A DNA stretch of 63,860 nucleotides, the filler included, from Klebsormidium nitens (taxonomy: Eukaryota; Plantae; Klebsormidiophyceae), in NCBI GenBank assembly GCA_000708835.1. It is 5 parts of 5 records of this genome, joined end to end, with 100 filler letters (N's around TTAATTAATTAA, not from the genome) between each part and the next. Parts side by side here need not be neighbours in the genome. Positions count along the whole stretch, not along the records: positions 1 to 17,372 come from DF237965.1; positions 17,473 to 36,375 come from DF237707.1; 3 more parts are not named here. The stretch is one strand, 5' to 3'. The translations under genes were made by a program, and so were the position numbers. Under the pieces are notes generated by a model. It was given only the letters and a program-made list of their open reading frames with translations, searched no databases and was not told where the DNA came from. Within the stretch, counting starts at the first letter, position 1, and each line of letters begins with the position of its first letter. Below, piece after piece: positions 12,277-24,800 of this stretch.

Positions 12277-14662
12277 GGCGACTTGTCAGGTTAGTCGGAG
12301 GGCCGCTACTTTCCGTCTAGTGCGCAGCCTTGAAAGATTCTTCGTAGATGAGTTACTTGGCTCTTCTGAGTGCACCTGAAACGTCGATGTTGTTCAGTGC
12401 GGCGGAGGGTAAAAGCAGCCGACTAACATAATCGCGTCAACCGTAGAAGACAGTCGAGCACGGCCGTGCAAAGCTGAAGCTTTGATTGATGTGATTCCAA
12501 GTGCGATGCAGCTTTCTCACATTGCCCGTACTGAGACGGTTTCTCCTTTGTGACAGTAAATCTATTACTTGTGGGCGTTGGATCTTTGCCCAGGATTCTC
12601 AAGTCTGTGATGCGGGAAAACGCTCGTTGGATCTGTCTCAATGTTTGGGTAGCCCTTCATGTTTGCTGAAGAGTTGTGCCTTTCGAGGATCAAGTCCGTT
12701 ATGGTTCCATTTGATTTGAGCCAATGTTTTGGATTGTGCCAAGGCTAAAGGCGTTCAAGCTGCCCTGGTCGCACGAAGGGTCCTCATCCCCAAGACTGTG
12801 TTTGCAGGGCGGTCGGCAATGACGTCTGATCAGATCTCTCGAATCTGGTGCCAATCTCGCTCGTTCAAACGTCTCAGACCGAATTCTTTTGTTTGTGAGT
12901 CTTTCATTCTCAGGAAAGCTTTAGATTTAAAGTTTTGGCTTCTTAAGGCCCCCAAGTCAAGCGCCTTGTACCAATTCGTACTCATCCGGCCTTAGGTCTG
13001 GCAGAGCCGTCCGCCGGGTCGACTTCTTCCGCAACCAACAAGCTGCGGGTCAATGCCAACAAGCTGGGACGAGCGCAGACGGAGAGGGGCGTCCCTAAGG
13101 GTGCCACGCTGAACTGCGCCGCTGCAAGGTCAAGGTACGGAGCTGCTGCAACGACATCCCTTTCTGTTGATAGACTGAGGAGGCTCCGCGTCTTAGCCCA
13201 AAGAAACGAAAGCAATGCCCTGGTACAGTTTGTAGATTCTTCCAGAAATTCTTCGAGGGTCCGTTGATTCTGTGCGGCTTTTCAAGCCTGGCAGGTTGTC
13301 GGGTCGTCTGACGGTGTTACGCAATCCAGTTGAGAACTGTTGCTGAATTCGAGAAGCCCATCTTAGGTTGATCGAGACTTCTTCGACTGAAGACCCTTGT
13401 CACTGATTTGCGATGCAACTTCGATGTCGCTGTTCAGAAGCGGACTCTTTTAGGTCTGTAAGTTGGAGGCCGACTCAAGCTGCATTTGCTTCTATCAAAT
13501 ACAGCCCCGACCACTGGACCCTGCTCAATTTTCCGACTTGCCCGAGGCTGTCGCTTCATTGATGCTTGAAACTCAAGAACCTTTTCATCCGTTGCAGGTC
13601 CCGTGTTGTATCTGAGCATGTTGAAGTCTGCAATGCGCATTGCAGCGCTGCCGCGCCCTGCCGTCCATTACTAGTCACCAACAGCCTGACGGGCTTTAGC
13701 TGCCAATAGTTGTACAATTCCGTCGGTCAACGTTGTTTAATAGAAATTCGTGTTGTAGTACACTCGAGACACGGTTGTTACTGTATTGCACCGTGTTCAT
13801 CACATACGTTGTAGTATAGAGGCCTATCTGAAAAATTAGTAGCCTGCACAGTTGTCACGTTTTCTTGTCTGCCGAAGACAAAGTTACATGGCGTATAAGT
13901 TCAGCAGCAACGATGATGGATCTTGTCCGGTCACTCATGGTGTGCACGAGATGCAATGACTGCCAGATTGCATGTTAGTGGCACGCAGATTGTCATGCAA
14001 GCAGATTGCCTTTTCATATGCCAGCGCGGCAATCTCGAAACTTTCAATGACGTTGGTGCCACTGCTGCCTCCGTATGGATTCCAAATGGATCCATTGGCA
14101 TATATGGCGCCTATGATGGATTAACCACATGGCAACCGCCGTCGCTTCCATATGGGATTCAACGCGTCCATCCACATAGAATCATATGCATATCGGTCCA
14201 TCTTATATGACAGTACCAGATGGAGCCTAGCCGAAGGCTTGGAATCCAATGCATGATGCGGGGCCTACACATACGGATTCCACACGGCAGCCACGTGGGC
14301 AGCCACGTACGTCGAACCTAAGCTCAATGCGGTAGCCTCTCACAAGGATCTCGCATGGTTCGGCCATACGGGCCACGCCCCATGGGGGGGCAGGTTTGTG
14401 AAATTCGTGCTCGAACATAAGGTCACTGGGTGACATGCATCAGGCTGAGAGGCTGTTAAAACGGCAACTCCATAAATTCCGCTTTTGTCACGGTCTTGCT
14501 AACTTATCATTAAACTTGAAAGGGCCGTGGATTCGCTTTCTTGACTGTGTAAGTAGCAACCGACCAGATTTTTGCTTGACGTACCCAAACATACACTCCA
14601 AGATAACCAACAAAAACGTAGTGATCTACGACAATGTGTACCTGGGCTCCGAAATCGGCTGG

Positions 14663-15971
14663 CTAATTCCGAGCTGGAAAGAGCCCCGAAACAGCTATTA
14701 TGCAATTCAGGACGAGGGTGGGCTGCTCGTTTTCATGTGCTTGCTCGGCCCCTGTTGCATCTGTGAAGATACTTGTGGGCGACTCGGCAACAAAAACAGT
14801 GCCGTCATAGGGTATGTCAGGCTGGCCACTCGTTGAAAACGAGCCTCCCTTCGACACTGTAACTCTGTGCTGGTGGCTTGCCATTTCTGCTGACGTCAGT
14901 GTGTGGGCGTACGCTCCTCCCGACTCTCCCAGGCGATGAGAGGGTCCTGTCGATACAAAAAATATGGCCTCTGCTCTCGCACAAGATCAAGTCTGCAACC
15001 AAGTCCAGATCACTAATTGCTTACATACATCATACCAGGATGCCAGGATGTGCCTAGATCAATCACACTGTCCTATCCATGTTGACCCACTTAACAGAAA
15101 GTCAGGGCATGGAGATTTGCTCACCAGAGTGCAATATGGTCCTGCTCCGAATATCAGGAAGAGCGAAGTTGGTGCGGCCATCCCCTCCGTATCTGCACGT
15201 TTTCCAGATCAAGTGTTCTTCTGCTTTCGTACATGACTGCTCTTATCATCCAGTCCTCTAGATCAAGAACCTGACAGAGGACAGCAAGAACTGTCTGCTG
15301 ATGGTTTCCTGCCTGTAAGTAGACACCGGCCGGGCAGGCCAGTCGACCCAAACAGCAGAGCCCCAGAAAACACGAAGCGATCGAGGGTGCTGCAAGGGAA
15401 CGAGTCTGAAGCTGAGATGCATATGCATTGGCGGAGACTCACAAGCGAGGTGACAGGACAATGCAGAGGAGTTGAGCTAACGGAGTGGAATTACTCACGT
15501 GGTTCCAAGGAGGGCAAAGAGAGCAAAATTCGAGTTGATTGGAAGTAAAGCCCCATCACAACGCGCCCAACCTGTGGGTATAGTGTTGAAGGCTGTCCAC
15601 GAAATGGAGCCAGTGAAAGGGGCTGCACATCAACCACCACTTGCCTTTAGTCATGAATCGCAGAATCTGACTGATAGCATAGTCAAGGCACTGCTGATCA
15701 AGACCGAATCCTGCTTGAATTCACCCATGTCTTAGGCAGCAGCTAGCGATTCTCCAGAAGAAACATCCCTTTTGACGGTCCTTGGAGCTGCAAGAATGCC
15801 GAGCAATCTTAGTGCGGCACCTCGTGGGGACAGCTGCAACAAACCCAGCTCCAAAATCAGAGAGCAGTCGAGCTTAAGTCGAGGCCGAACAGAGTTACTG
15901 AGGGGGGATGAGATTTCACTGCAATAAAATCCTCCCAGTAGAAGCAATGTCGCCAGTGCTAGAAGAATCAT
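14663..15971 (-). CDS. Spliced, probably secreted homologue of the bacterial phage tail-collar / microcystin-dependent protein (MdpB-like); exons 15971-15899 (first exon tentative), 15622-15499, 15192-15125, 14946-14663
   Basis: Phase-consistent GT-AG splicing gives PFTGSISWTAFNTIPTGWARCDGALLPINSNFALFALLGT|TYGGDGRTNFALPDIRSRTILHS|GPSHRLGESGGAYAHTLTSAEMASHQH...TGAEQAHENEQPTLVLNCIIAVSGLFPARN*. This matches the Tail-collar domain (GW..CDG.LLPI....ALF.LLGTTYGGDG...FALPD.R) and the HxNxQPxLxLNxIIAxxGxFPxR C-terminus. Confidence 0.88.
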
Positions 15972-17417
15972 AGATTCTCTTCTATGATTTTGAATGCTCG
16001 ACCATCCTGCTAACATTGTGCCCGTGGGGATTAGAAAGGGCGGTGATTAGATAAAGAATAAACAAATGCCGTCGATTCCAATGGACAAGTGAATATCTGA
16101 ACTTGAACTCTTTCTTGCTGACGGTTAATTCTGTCGAAAGGAAACAAGAAGCGACAACGTCCTGAACTTGGGTAGACTTTTTGCCCGGGTCCAATCCTCA
16201 CTTGCCCTGACGGTCTGCGGTATGCACCCGAGCGCCAGCACCAGACCGAATGCCAAGAGGAGAAATCTTCGATCCGACACAGCCTTGACTGGGCCATGTC
16301 TATAGGGGTCGATGCCAGTCAAAGCCGCCATTGCCACTTCTTCTTCAGGGAGCATGCAGCTCAAAACCAGGAATAGTCTTCTATTCTCTCCTCGAGACCG
16401 GACACCCTATGTGCTGTATTAGCCAGGATGTTTAGTCTACGTTTGAGCCCCTGCCCGAGTTTTAATTGACCAGCTGCCGCAGGTCCACGTCAGATAGAAC
16501 TGCGCGCAGCGTTCTCTAGCACTAGCCAAGACAGCAGCATCAATAATGACAATACGATTGAGATTTAGCTGAGCTTTCTCAAAAGGAAGTTGGTACCCTT
16601 GCAGCAGAAAGCGGCCCCAAGTATAGCATGAAGAACCTGCAGCTAGCAGCCAGTTGGCGTAGGGCGGAGAGTGTTCGGAGGTGAGAACCTGTTCGCTCAG
16701 CTGGGCGGCCTGGGTACAGGGTCTAGGCCTGTGTCTCCAGCAGGCGCCCGGGCTCACTCAGACTTGTCTTGTGCGCGTCGGCATGCGGCGGCCGGCCTCA
16801 GATTCAGAACAGGTACGGTATTCAGAAATCTAGGTATATTAACTTTAAGGTTCACTACTGTCAGACCTGACAGGTCACCCGTGACTCAGCTCACTCTTGC
16901 GCCCAAGAATGTCGGTAGGTAGGTACGGTACTAGGTAGGTACTACCAGGTTCCAACGACTCTACACTGTACAGTGTACATACGGTATTATACGGTACATA
17001 GGTACCTACTACCTCTACTGTTGTAAAAATGGTAGTGTACACAGTCTGGTAATTTCTACCGTACCAACCGGGAACTCTACTGCGCCAGGCTAGCAGTGTG
17101 TCCTATTTTAATACCGGTAAAAGTTATGTACGGCTCAGTGTACTTAATAGTACCGTAGTGGAGAGTCACCGTACTGGAGACCGTACTACGTCGGTCGCCG
17201 CGAAAGTCACTGAGTGACGACACTGCGGGCAAACCCGCTTACATTTTTTCGTTTTCCAATTCCCAGGGCCGTACATATAGTCAGACGTCCGTACGGTTTG
17301 ATTTTCTGCAGCGATGTCGACACCCAGACGGTACCTACCTATTTGCGAATTTCCCGTACGTACAGGCTACAGNNNNNNNNNNNNNNNNNNNNNNNNNNNN
17401 NNNNNNNNNNNNNNNNT

Positions 17418-17428
17418 TAATTAATTAA
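17418..17428. other. Assembly linker TTAATTAATTAA within N gaps (also ~36420, ~52084, ~61025)
   Basis: The same 12-mer, with stops in all frames, is flanked by Ns each time; artefact. Confidence 0.9.
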
Positions 17429-18850
17429 NNNNNNNNNNNNNNNNNNNNNNNNNNNNNNNNNNNNNNNNNNNNTGAGTTCCAGCTGATGAGCCGCACGTGC
17501 AAGACGGTATTTTCCAAAAAAAAAAAAAAGGTATGGGGGTGTGGAGAATCATCATTGTAGACCTGGTGCGAGAGTAAGGCCGCGGTGGCGGCGATGGGAA
17601 CTACGAGAGCCTCATAATGATCTGTTCTGGGTATGTATTGATACCCAGAAGGGGCCTTCACTGGAGAAGGTAGCGTAGTCTTGGGCTGAAAGACCGAGTC
17701 CAATTGGGAAAGGAAAAGTCTTTGACAGTTTACCTACTGCCCTCCGGCCCAGGGCTGCTTATTTGTGTGCCAGTTTCCAAGGGAGAAGGGCAGGTAGCTA
17801 AAGTCCGCTGCAGGAGGGGCTCTGAGCTCCCACGTTCTTGTGCTGGAACTGGTCGGTGAAAGCAGCTGCGCTTACAAGCACCACTTGACGGAGCTCTATC
17901 GTATCAATCTGGCCTGGACAACATGGACAATTCAGGCCCTGTGAAGGTAAGGCTCTGAAAGTGGTGGCGCCACACTTTCAGTGGACGTAATTAACCTCCG
18001 CAATTGAATCTTTCCTGGCTCCTTTACGCTGGAAGAATCGTGTGACAGTGGAATAACCTTGCGTCAGTTTGTCTAAGTTGTGGAGAATTGTGTTTAATCA
18101 GAATGCTGTGGCGTTTTGGTTCACCTTCTCCGCTTCAGCCATGCCAAGATTGTGAATTGGTGCTTCTGCCAGGGGCCACATCAGAATAGAGTCTTCAGGC
18201 TGGTGATTGTGACCACTGTCTCATTCTGTGGGCAATCTCACAGCTGAGTGGCTTCCTAAGGATGTCATGTTGTTCAAGAACCAATGCTGCATCTCCTCAC
18301 ATCAGAAGAAAAAAGGGCAACTTGGTTGTTGATGTTTAGAGGTACAAACTTTGGGCTTACTTGGAACCCAAGAGTTTGGCGTCAAGAAACCTCGTATAGT
18401 TCCCGTGGTAGTCCAGACTTTAACAGCTGTATCTTCTGTCAAGGGCAATTGTTCAGTGGCTCTCTCCAGCACCAGCGCTCTCAATGAACTCTCGTTAGCA
18501 ACTGGCAAAATTTGGAGTACAGTGTAGATGAAGAAAGTGGATAATTTGACCAAGAAAAGTGGGACTGGCAAAAAGCGGAAGCTTCTATGAGAGCTGTACA
18601 AACAAATTTCTTCCTGATTGACAGCTGGGATTGTGGCATGAGAATACTTTAGGAACATTGTAGCTGGTAGTTGATGCAGTGAGTGTGGGGCAATAAGAAG
18701 ACAATCTTCTTCGTTCTGGGAAACTTCCAAGACAAGCCTCCCTGTGATGAAACTTACCACTGACCACAAGCTTTTCAATTGCTTTACCACGTGCAGAGCG
18801 TTCGTGTTACTTTGGGCAAGGGCCACCGATTGGTGACGAATGCTTTCTCC

Positions 18851-21800
18851 AGCTATGGTGCGCTGGCAGCTCGACGCCCGTGGTTGCTGAGTCTGTAAGT
18901 GCTGAAAAGTTTGCGAGTTCTTGTACTTTTAATGTACAGCCGGAGTCTTAGCTTTATTGCTTGGTCAGCATGTTGGCGGAAAGCGTATGGTCAGTATGCA
19001 GTCAAAAGGTGACACCTTTGGACAGTCGCTATAGCAGTGGTTGCTTTTCGAGTAGAGCACCAACAAGTTGAACCCACAACCTGGTTGCTTTCTTTTGATT
19101 GTTGAGGTGTTTGTTCAAGACAACCATCGGTGAAGTTATGCAGGGTTAAGCTTGTAAGTTCTCTGTGGTCCTGCAAATAATAACAGCATACAAGGACTCC
19201 TGGCTGATGCACCAAGTCAAAGAGTGATAAGTAGCAAGATAAAGTGTTCTTCAATCGCAGCATTGAGTGTGCCACTCCAACTTGTGCAGGCTAGGTGCCG
19301 TCATTCTGGGTGCCTCCATCTTTGGGCTCTTCAATGCCGAGACAGAGAACAGGCTTGAGGTAATTGCTTCACCTTGCGGAGAAGGCTCGATCTTCAGCTT
19401 GCCTCCATCATGCTGTAGGGGTCTCAGAGTGCGCCAACGCACAGCACAACTGAAGCAATCTTGTGACTTAAGCTTGAGAACCATTGTTGATGATGTGAGA
19501 TGTGCAAGTGTCTATTGTCGAGTTATTATGCAGCAGACAGTCCTCCCACTTGCTGACGCAAAATAATCTGTCAATGTGGGTGCGCTTATTTCTCTCTGTC
19601 TCGGTGGCCTTAGGAACTTTTTGTGAGGACGGACTCAAGGGTGGCTAAGGAGCGCGACTTCTACAACTCCAAGTAGGTGCCAAACCCTGGACATGTCAGC
19701 CATAACTACGCACTCTCGAGCGGGTGCACAAGCTGGTCATACTCTTGGCAATATGTGATGAATAATGCTGCTTTGCCAAAGCTCTGATGGTTTTTGTCAG
19801 TGGTGCTTGGAGGTCAGCAAGCCTGCTGTGCCACCTCCCTGTGATTGGGCGGCACATAAGAAGAAAAAAGGCATGGCTGAAAGTTCTGTTGTTGAGTGAT
19901 TGATCGGATTCTGTCGAGAAGGAGCGTTCTGAAAAGAAAGATATCCTGGACAGTGTCTTGCAGAGAGGTAAGATGGCAGGTAATTTGCTTTGGAGCAGAG
20001 ACTCGCTCACCGGATGTCCGATGGCGGCAGTCCTTTCAATCTAATGATGGTGATTCAATGATCTTGACAATGGGACTAGGATGTGTTCACTGCTCAACAG
20101 TACAGGTAGCAAGGGAGGTGAAGTGGTTCTTTGTACCCTCCCCATCTGCAGATTGGCTTCAGCCATCTTATTGGCTGTGCAGGAAGAAGCTAGACCACTT
20201 CTCAAGAATACCTGCTTTCCGCTCTTGGAACAGGCTCGGCACTACCCTTTCGTTCTCCCACCATCTTCCCGTTTCTGTTACATCAGTCTCACCTACTGCG
20301 ACCATATTCGCTTACGCGGAGTACGTGTCTTACACACAAATGCGCAGAAAACGGACCCTTAAACCAACTCCCGCAGGTATGGCGGCTTCATACGGAAGGA
20401 GGTGTTTTCCGTGTCGGATCCCGCAGGAAAAGCAGCCTACTCGCGCGCCAATCTTGCGGCCCTGGCGGCGGGCATGGCGCCGTTCCTTTCGGAAGACGAG
20501 GCCGCATTCAACGGCACCGTGCGCAACCCCACGCAGACGGCCATGCTGGCAAATGTCCAGGGAAGCAGCCGAAGGATGAGCGAGGTGAGGGGAAAAAGAG
20601 TGGGTCAAGGGTCTGTCAAGAGTAACTTTACGCAGAAGGAAGAAGATACATAAGCCAATATTTGTCAAAATTGAGTTGATGCAGAAGGAAGGGGAAAATC
20701 AGCAGATAGTCCGTCAAGAGTGACTTGATGCGCGCAAAGAGAGGAGGAGAGGGAGAGACAGTGCGAGACGGTCACGTGAGCCTGTTTCAGAGAGGTATCA
20801 TTTGGTGGAAATCAAAAGCCGCATAAAAACTTTCCCAGGCATCTAGTTCACGCGAGCTTCACGTGTGCTTCTGTCGACCCCAACAGCATTTCCAACCCGT
20901 CCAACAGACACGACGCTTCCCTGACGTGCGCACCACAGAGAGGCTCATCTTGATCTGTGCACGAATCTTTCAAACCCTTCACCGTCTTGAAGGAACGAAT
21001 TCCAAGGATTGTCCGCTGAGCTCTGGACGCTCTACAATAAGCCCCAAAAAGTCTTGAGTCTGCCTTTGACCCCCATGATCGACCTTGTCATCACAAAACC
21101 TTCAGCCTGCTTTGTGCGCTCACAGATCACTCACGACTGACACCCCCACCTTCCACAGGAGCTTTTGGCACTTAACCATGGATGGTTACGGGCTGATTAT
21201 GGCTAGTCAGAAAACGGTTACATGTCAAGTAACCAGACTTGTGCTTTCACCAGCCCCGGAACAAGGTTAAAGCCGGGTTACTTGTCCGATAACCTGAGAC
21301 TCAGTCAGGTAATCAGCGTGGTTAAAAGCCAAAAGTTGCTGTGTTGCAGGCCGACTTCTGTGAGCGCCCCCAGGTCCCCCCCGTCTTCGCGCCCAGCCTC
21401 CCGGGCGTCCCCTACTTTGCGCAGGGCAACTTCATATCGGTCGGCTACCAGTTCTTAACCACGTGCCTCCCCACCAAGACCGTTGCCGGGTCGCCCCTCA
21501 ACGGGCTGCCGCTCGCGACCCTACCCACAGGCTGGGGCATCGACCGTTTCCCGTGCACGAAAGTTAGCCCGCTGGACTGCTTCCAGGAGGGGGGGCTGGA
21601 TTACCCGGGGGCTCTCAGGCTGTTGGAGCAGCGCGGGGCGGGGCCGACTGTGCCGCTGTCGCTGGTGGACATCGTGTTTGCGCACCCGGGCAAGGCGGCG
21701 TGCATCCAGGACTTTGCGACCAAGGTGAGGCAGTGGGCGGATGGACAGGCGGGGTCTGCTTGGGTGCGGTGACGTTGGGACTGGCGAGAGGCGGTTTGAT

Positions 21801-24800
21801 GAGGCGGCTTGAAAGGGTGCTGTTGCTGTAAGCAGCTTGGACGGTACAGCCAGGAGCGAAAGCGCAGCGAATGGTATCTCTGGCAAGCCGGAGCTTAATT
21901 CGTCTAAATTAATTTGACATTAAGCTTGTGAGGTTTGAGCACCGGGTGTTGTCGTGACCGCTCTCTTGAGTATCGGTCTCGTGGGGTCCTTTGACTTCCG
22001 ATTCTCAGATTTGAAGCCGACACCACGCGGTAACAAGCGATTGCCGGTCGATCCGTTTCTTTGAACCAGTCCGCTTATCTGCTGTGCTTGCGTAGCTTCA
22101 CATAGACACAAACTTTTCTTTCTGCTGCCACAAAGTTCCAGTTCTCCAAAGTGCCACTTCCGTGCGGCTGAGCATTTGCGCCTTGGCCTGCAGGTCCAAA
22201 CCGACCTGACTGCGGCCTTGGGCCCGGCAGGCGCCGCGAGGGCGACCATCACGGCCGCGCAGGTCGCCAAAGCGCTGAACGACACCACGCTACTCTTCAG
22301 CTCATGGGGCTACAGGTGGCGCCCCTCGTTCCGGACCATGACGGATGCGCAGGTGAGGCGCAGTCAGAAGTTGCATTCTTTGGCCGAAGTTGCATTATCT
22401 GGCAGGAGTACCGAATTTCCAACCATTTCGCCTAAGTTCCGAACGTATCAAAGCTGAAGGATTGGGTGGTCGGCTGTGAGAGCAAGACCTGCACCGGATC
22501 TACACCTGGAAGGATCAGAGTCGAGACGGTTTTCGGAAGTGGGCCATGCGTCTGCACTGGAGAGCCTGGGAACGTGAAGGAGCTTTGCGTTGAAGCGGGA
22601 GCGCACTTCTGGAAGCGTTGACACAGCAACCGCACACTGTACTGACAACAATCTCGCTTCTCTAGATCTTGGCGCACCTGAATACTGCATACGCCAACGG
22701 CGTCGCGGGCGTGACGGTGAGCCAGTGCATCCAGGGCAACAGGCCGTGCTGCCTCGGCTGGGAAGCCACGCACCTGCCGCTCACCGTCGGACTCGGAGGC
22801 ATCAAGCGGAACGCGACAGGAGCGTTCGAGGAAGTGAGTACAGAACTCATCCCGTCAATGATCGGACGAGAATGTTGCAACCTTTTCTGCCAGCTGGACT
22901 GGCCTTCATTTTGAATCCTGGAACCTGGAATTGTAACGGAGATTTGGGCCTTGACTGCGGCTGTGTTGTGAAAAAGAAGACGGTTGTTGCCAACGTGATT
23001 GGCTTGCTTCACCCGCATTGGATTTGTTGAGTCACTTGACTGCCTAACGGCTGCCTGCCGATCTTCACGCCGGTCAGTGTATAGGGATGATGATGAGATC
23101 ACCACTTGGAGTTGACAATCCTTGTCGTCTTGGCTTTGAAAGGTGCCACGTGTGCGTTGTTGGCTGCCTATAACACTTGCATCACGCAGAAGAGAGGCTT
23201 TGGCACCGCACGCTTGCCTTTGCCGGTTTCGTTCTGGCTTGTTTACCTCGTAAGCCAAGCCGTCATTCGCGCAAGCAAAGTTGGTTTCTTGTACTCTCCG
23301 TGATAAGTACGCCGGAAAATCCCCCCCCAGATCGCGAGCATCCGTGTGGTTGCCAACAACTTCAACCCGGAGCACCCCCAGTGGATCGACCAAATGAACG
23401 CCAAGTTCGGCCGGGCTACCTCTGCCAAGGAGCGGCGCAGCCTGGTTGAGAACTGGGACGAACGGCTGGTTGACACGTGGAAGCCCATGTACGAGGGGGC
23501 GCAGGGCTCGGGCTTCGCACCCGGGGAAATTTTCAATGGGTCCACTGTGGGCTTCACAACTTGGGTGAGTAGTGGAAGACGTGAACTTGTGTTGCCGGGA
23601 TATTTCGAGTTCGGCCCTTTGCACCTGAACAGCTTTCTTCAGCAGAGTCCTGTACCACAGGTGAAGTTGGTAACCGTGTAAGCTGTTGGTAGAAAAGTAG
23701 CCACATCCTTTGGCCCAACGATTGGGATCATGCCTGACGAAGGGAGTCTCTTGTAGGGCAAGTCTTACATCCCATGCTGCACAAGAGGGTCTGAGAACGT
23801 CTTCATTGGGTGTTAATGCACGTGAAGAGCGGGTTACGGAAGCGAACCGCTCTCTTTACATGTTAGCAGATTTTGGCATACTCTGCGCATTTGTTTCTGC
23901 GGTGGAGTTCTCCGGTCAGAGCGTGACTCTGTCTCGAACCCCTTCGCTCCTCTCTTTCCGTCTACACTGCGGTTCAGAATGTGCTCAAGGACGCGTGTCC
24001 TATATGCGAAGGTTGGCATCTCATCGCGGTAGATCCCTTGAAATCACGGTCCTCAAAGGGTGACATCACCCTAAACCCCTCCACTTCTCTATTCCCGTCC
24101 CGTCCGAAGGTTCAAAAACCTGTTTAAGGACCTGGGCAAGATGATTAAAGGAGAGTCTTGTGCTGCTTGATGCGTGCTGACATAATGCTGACTCCTTGCT
24201 TTTCCCTCCAGACTGCGGTGGAGAACGTGCTCAAGGATGCGGGCCATTTGGACCCGTGGACTGTTGCGCCCGCAGTCATTCTGGTGATCCTGTACATCAT
24301 TGCGGCGACCATCAACGTCTTCCGCCCCGTGCACTCCCACGTGCACCTCGGCCTCGCGGTGAGCACGCCTGCACTGTTTTTTCCTGTTTCCCTTTTGTAG
24401 GTCCAAAGCTAAGTCTTAGGGCATGCGCCTCATTTGTTGAAGCGATAGTTGAGGCGGAGTCGTGTACTTCATAGCGGCGACAATCAACGTCTTTCGGCTG
24501 GTGCACTCTCATGTGCACCTCGGCCTTGTAGTGAGCGCGCCTGCCCTCCTTTTTGTTTCCCTTTTCTAGGTTGGATATTATAAGTCTGAAAAGACGCGCC
24601 TCGTTTTCTGGAGCAAAAGTTTGAGGCGAAGTTTTGTAGGTCATAGCGGCGACCATCAACGTCTTCCGTCCGGTGCACTCCTACGTGCACCTCGGCTTCG
24701 CAGCGAGCGCGCCTGCGCTCCGTTCTTGTGTCTTGTTTACGTTGAAAAACATTAGATGGCTGTTAGACTCTATCTTTAGGTTGAGCTCTGAGTTCTGTAC

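Noticed and set aside
17373-17472. Perfect TTAATTAATTAA palindromes recurring in the window
   Set aside because: Always embedded in N runs; an assembly linker, not biology.
17570-18826. Possible OTU protease on the minus strand (HYEAL, EDCLL)
   Set aside because: Motifs are short, scattered and lack a convincing GDGNC catalytic box; the region may hold the 5' exons of the Patched-like gene (e.g. MDNSGPVK|GTAAGG near 17923).
22662-23624. 320-aa minus-strand ORF and many similar antisense ORFs over 20300-32050 and 40000-42400
   Set aside because: Shadows of GC3-rich plus-strand exons, with no domain signal.
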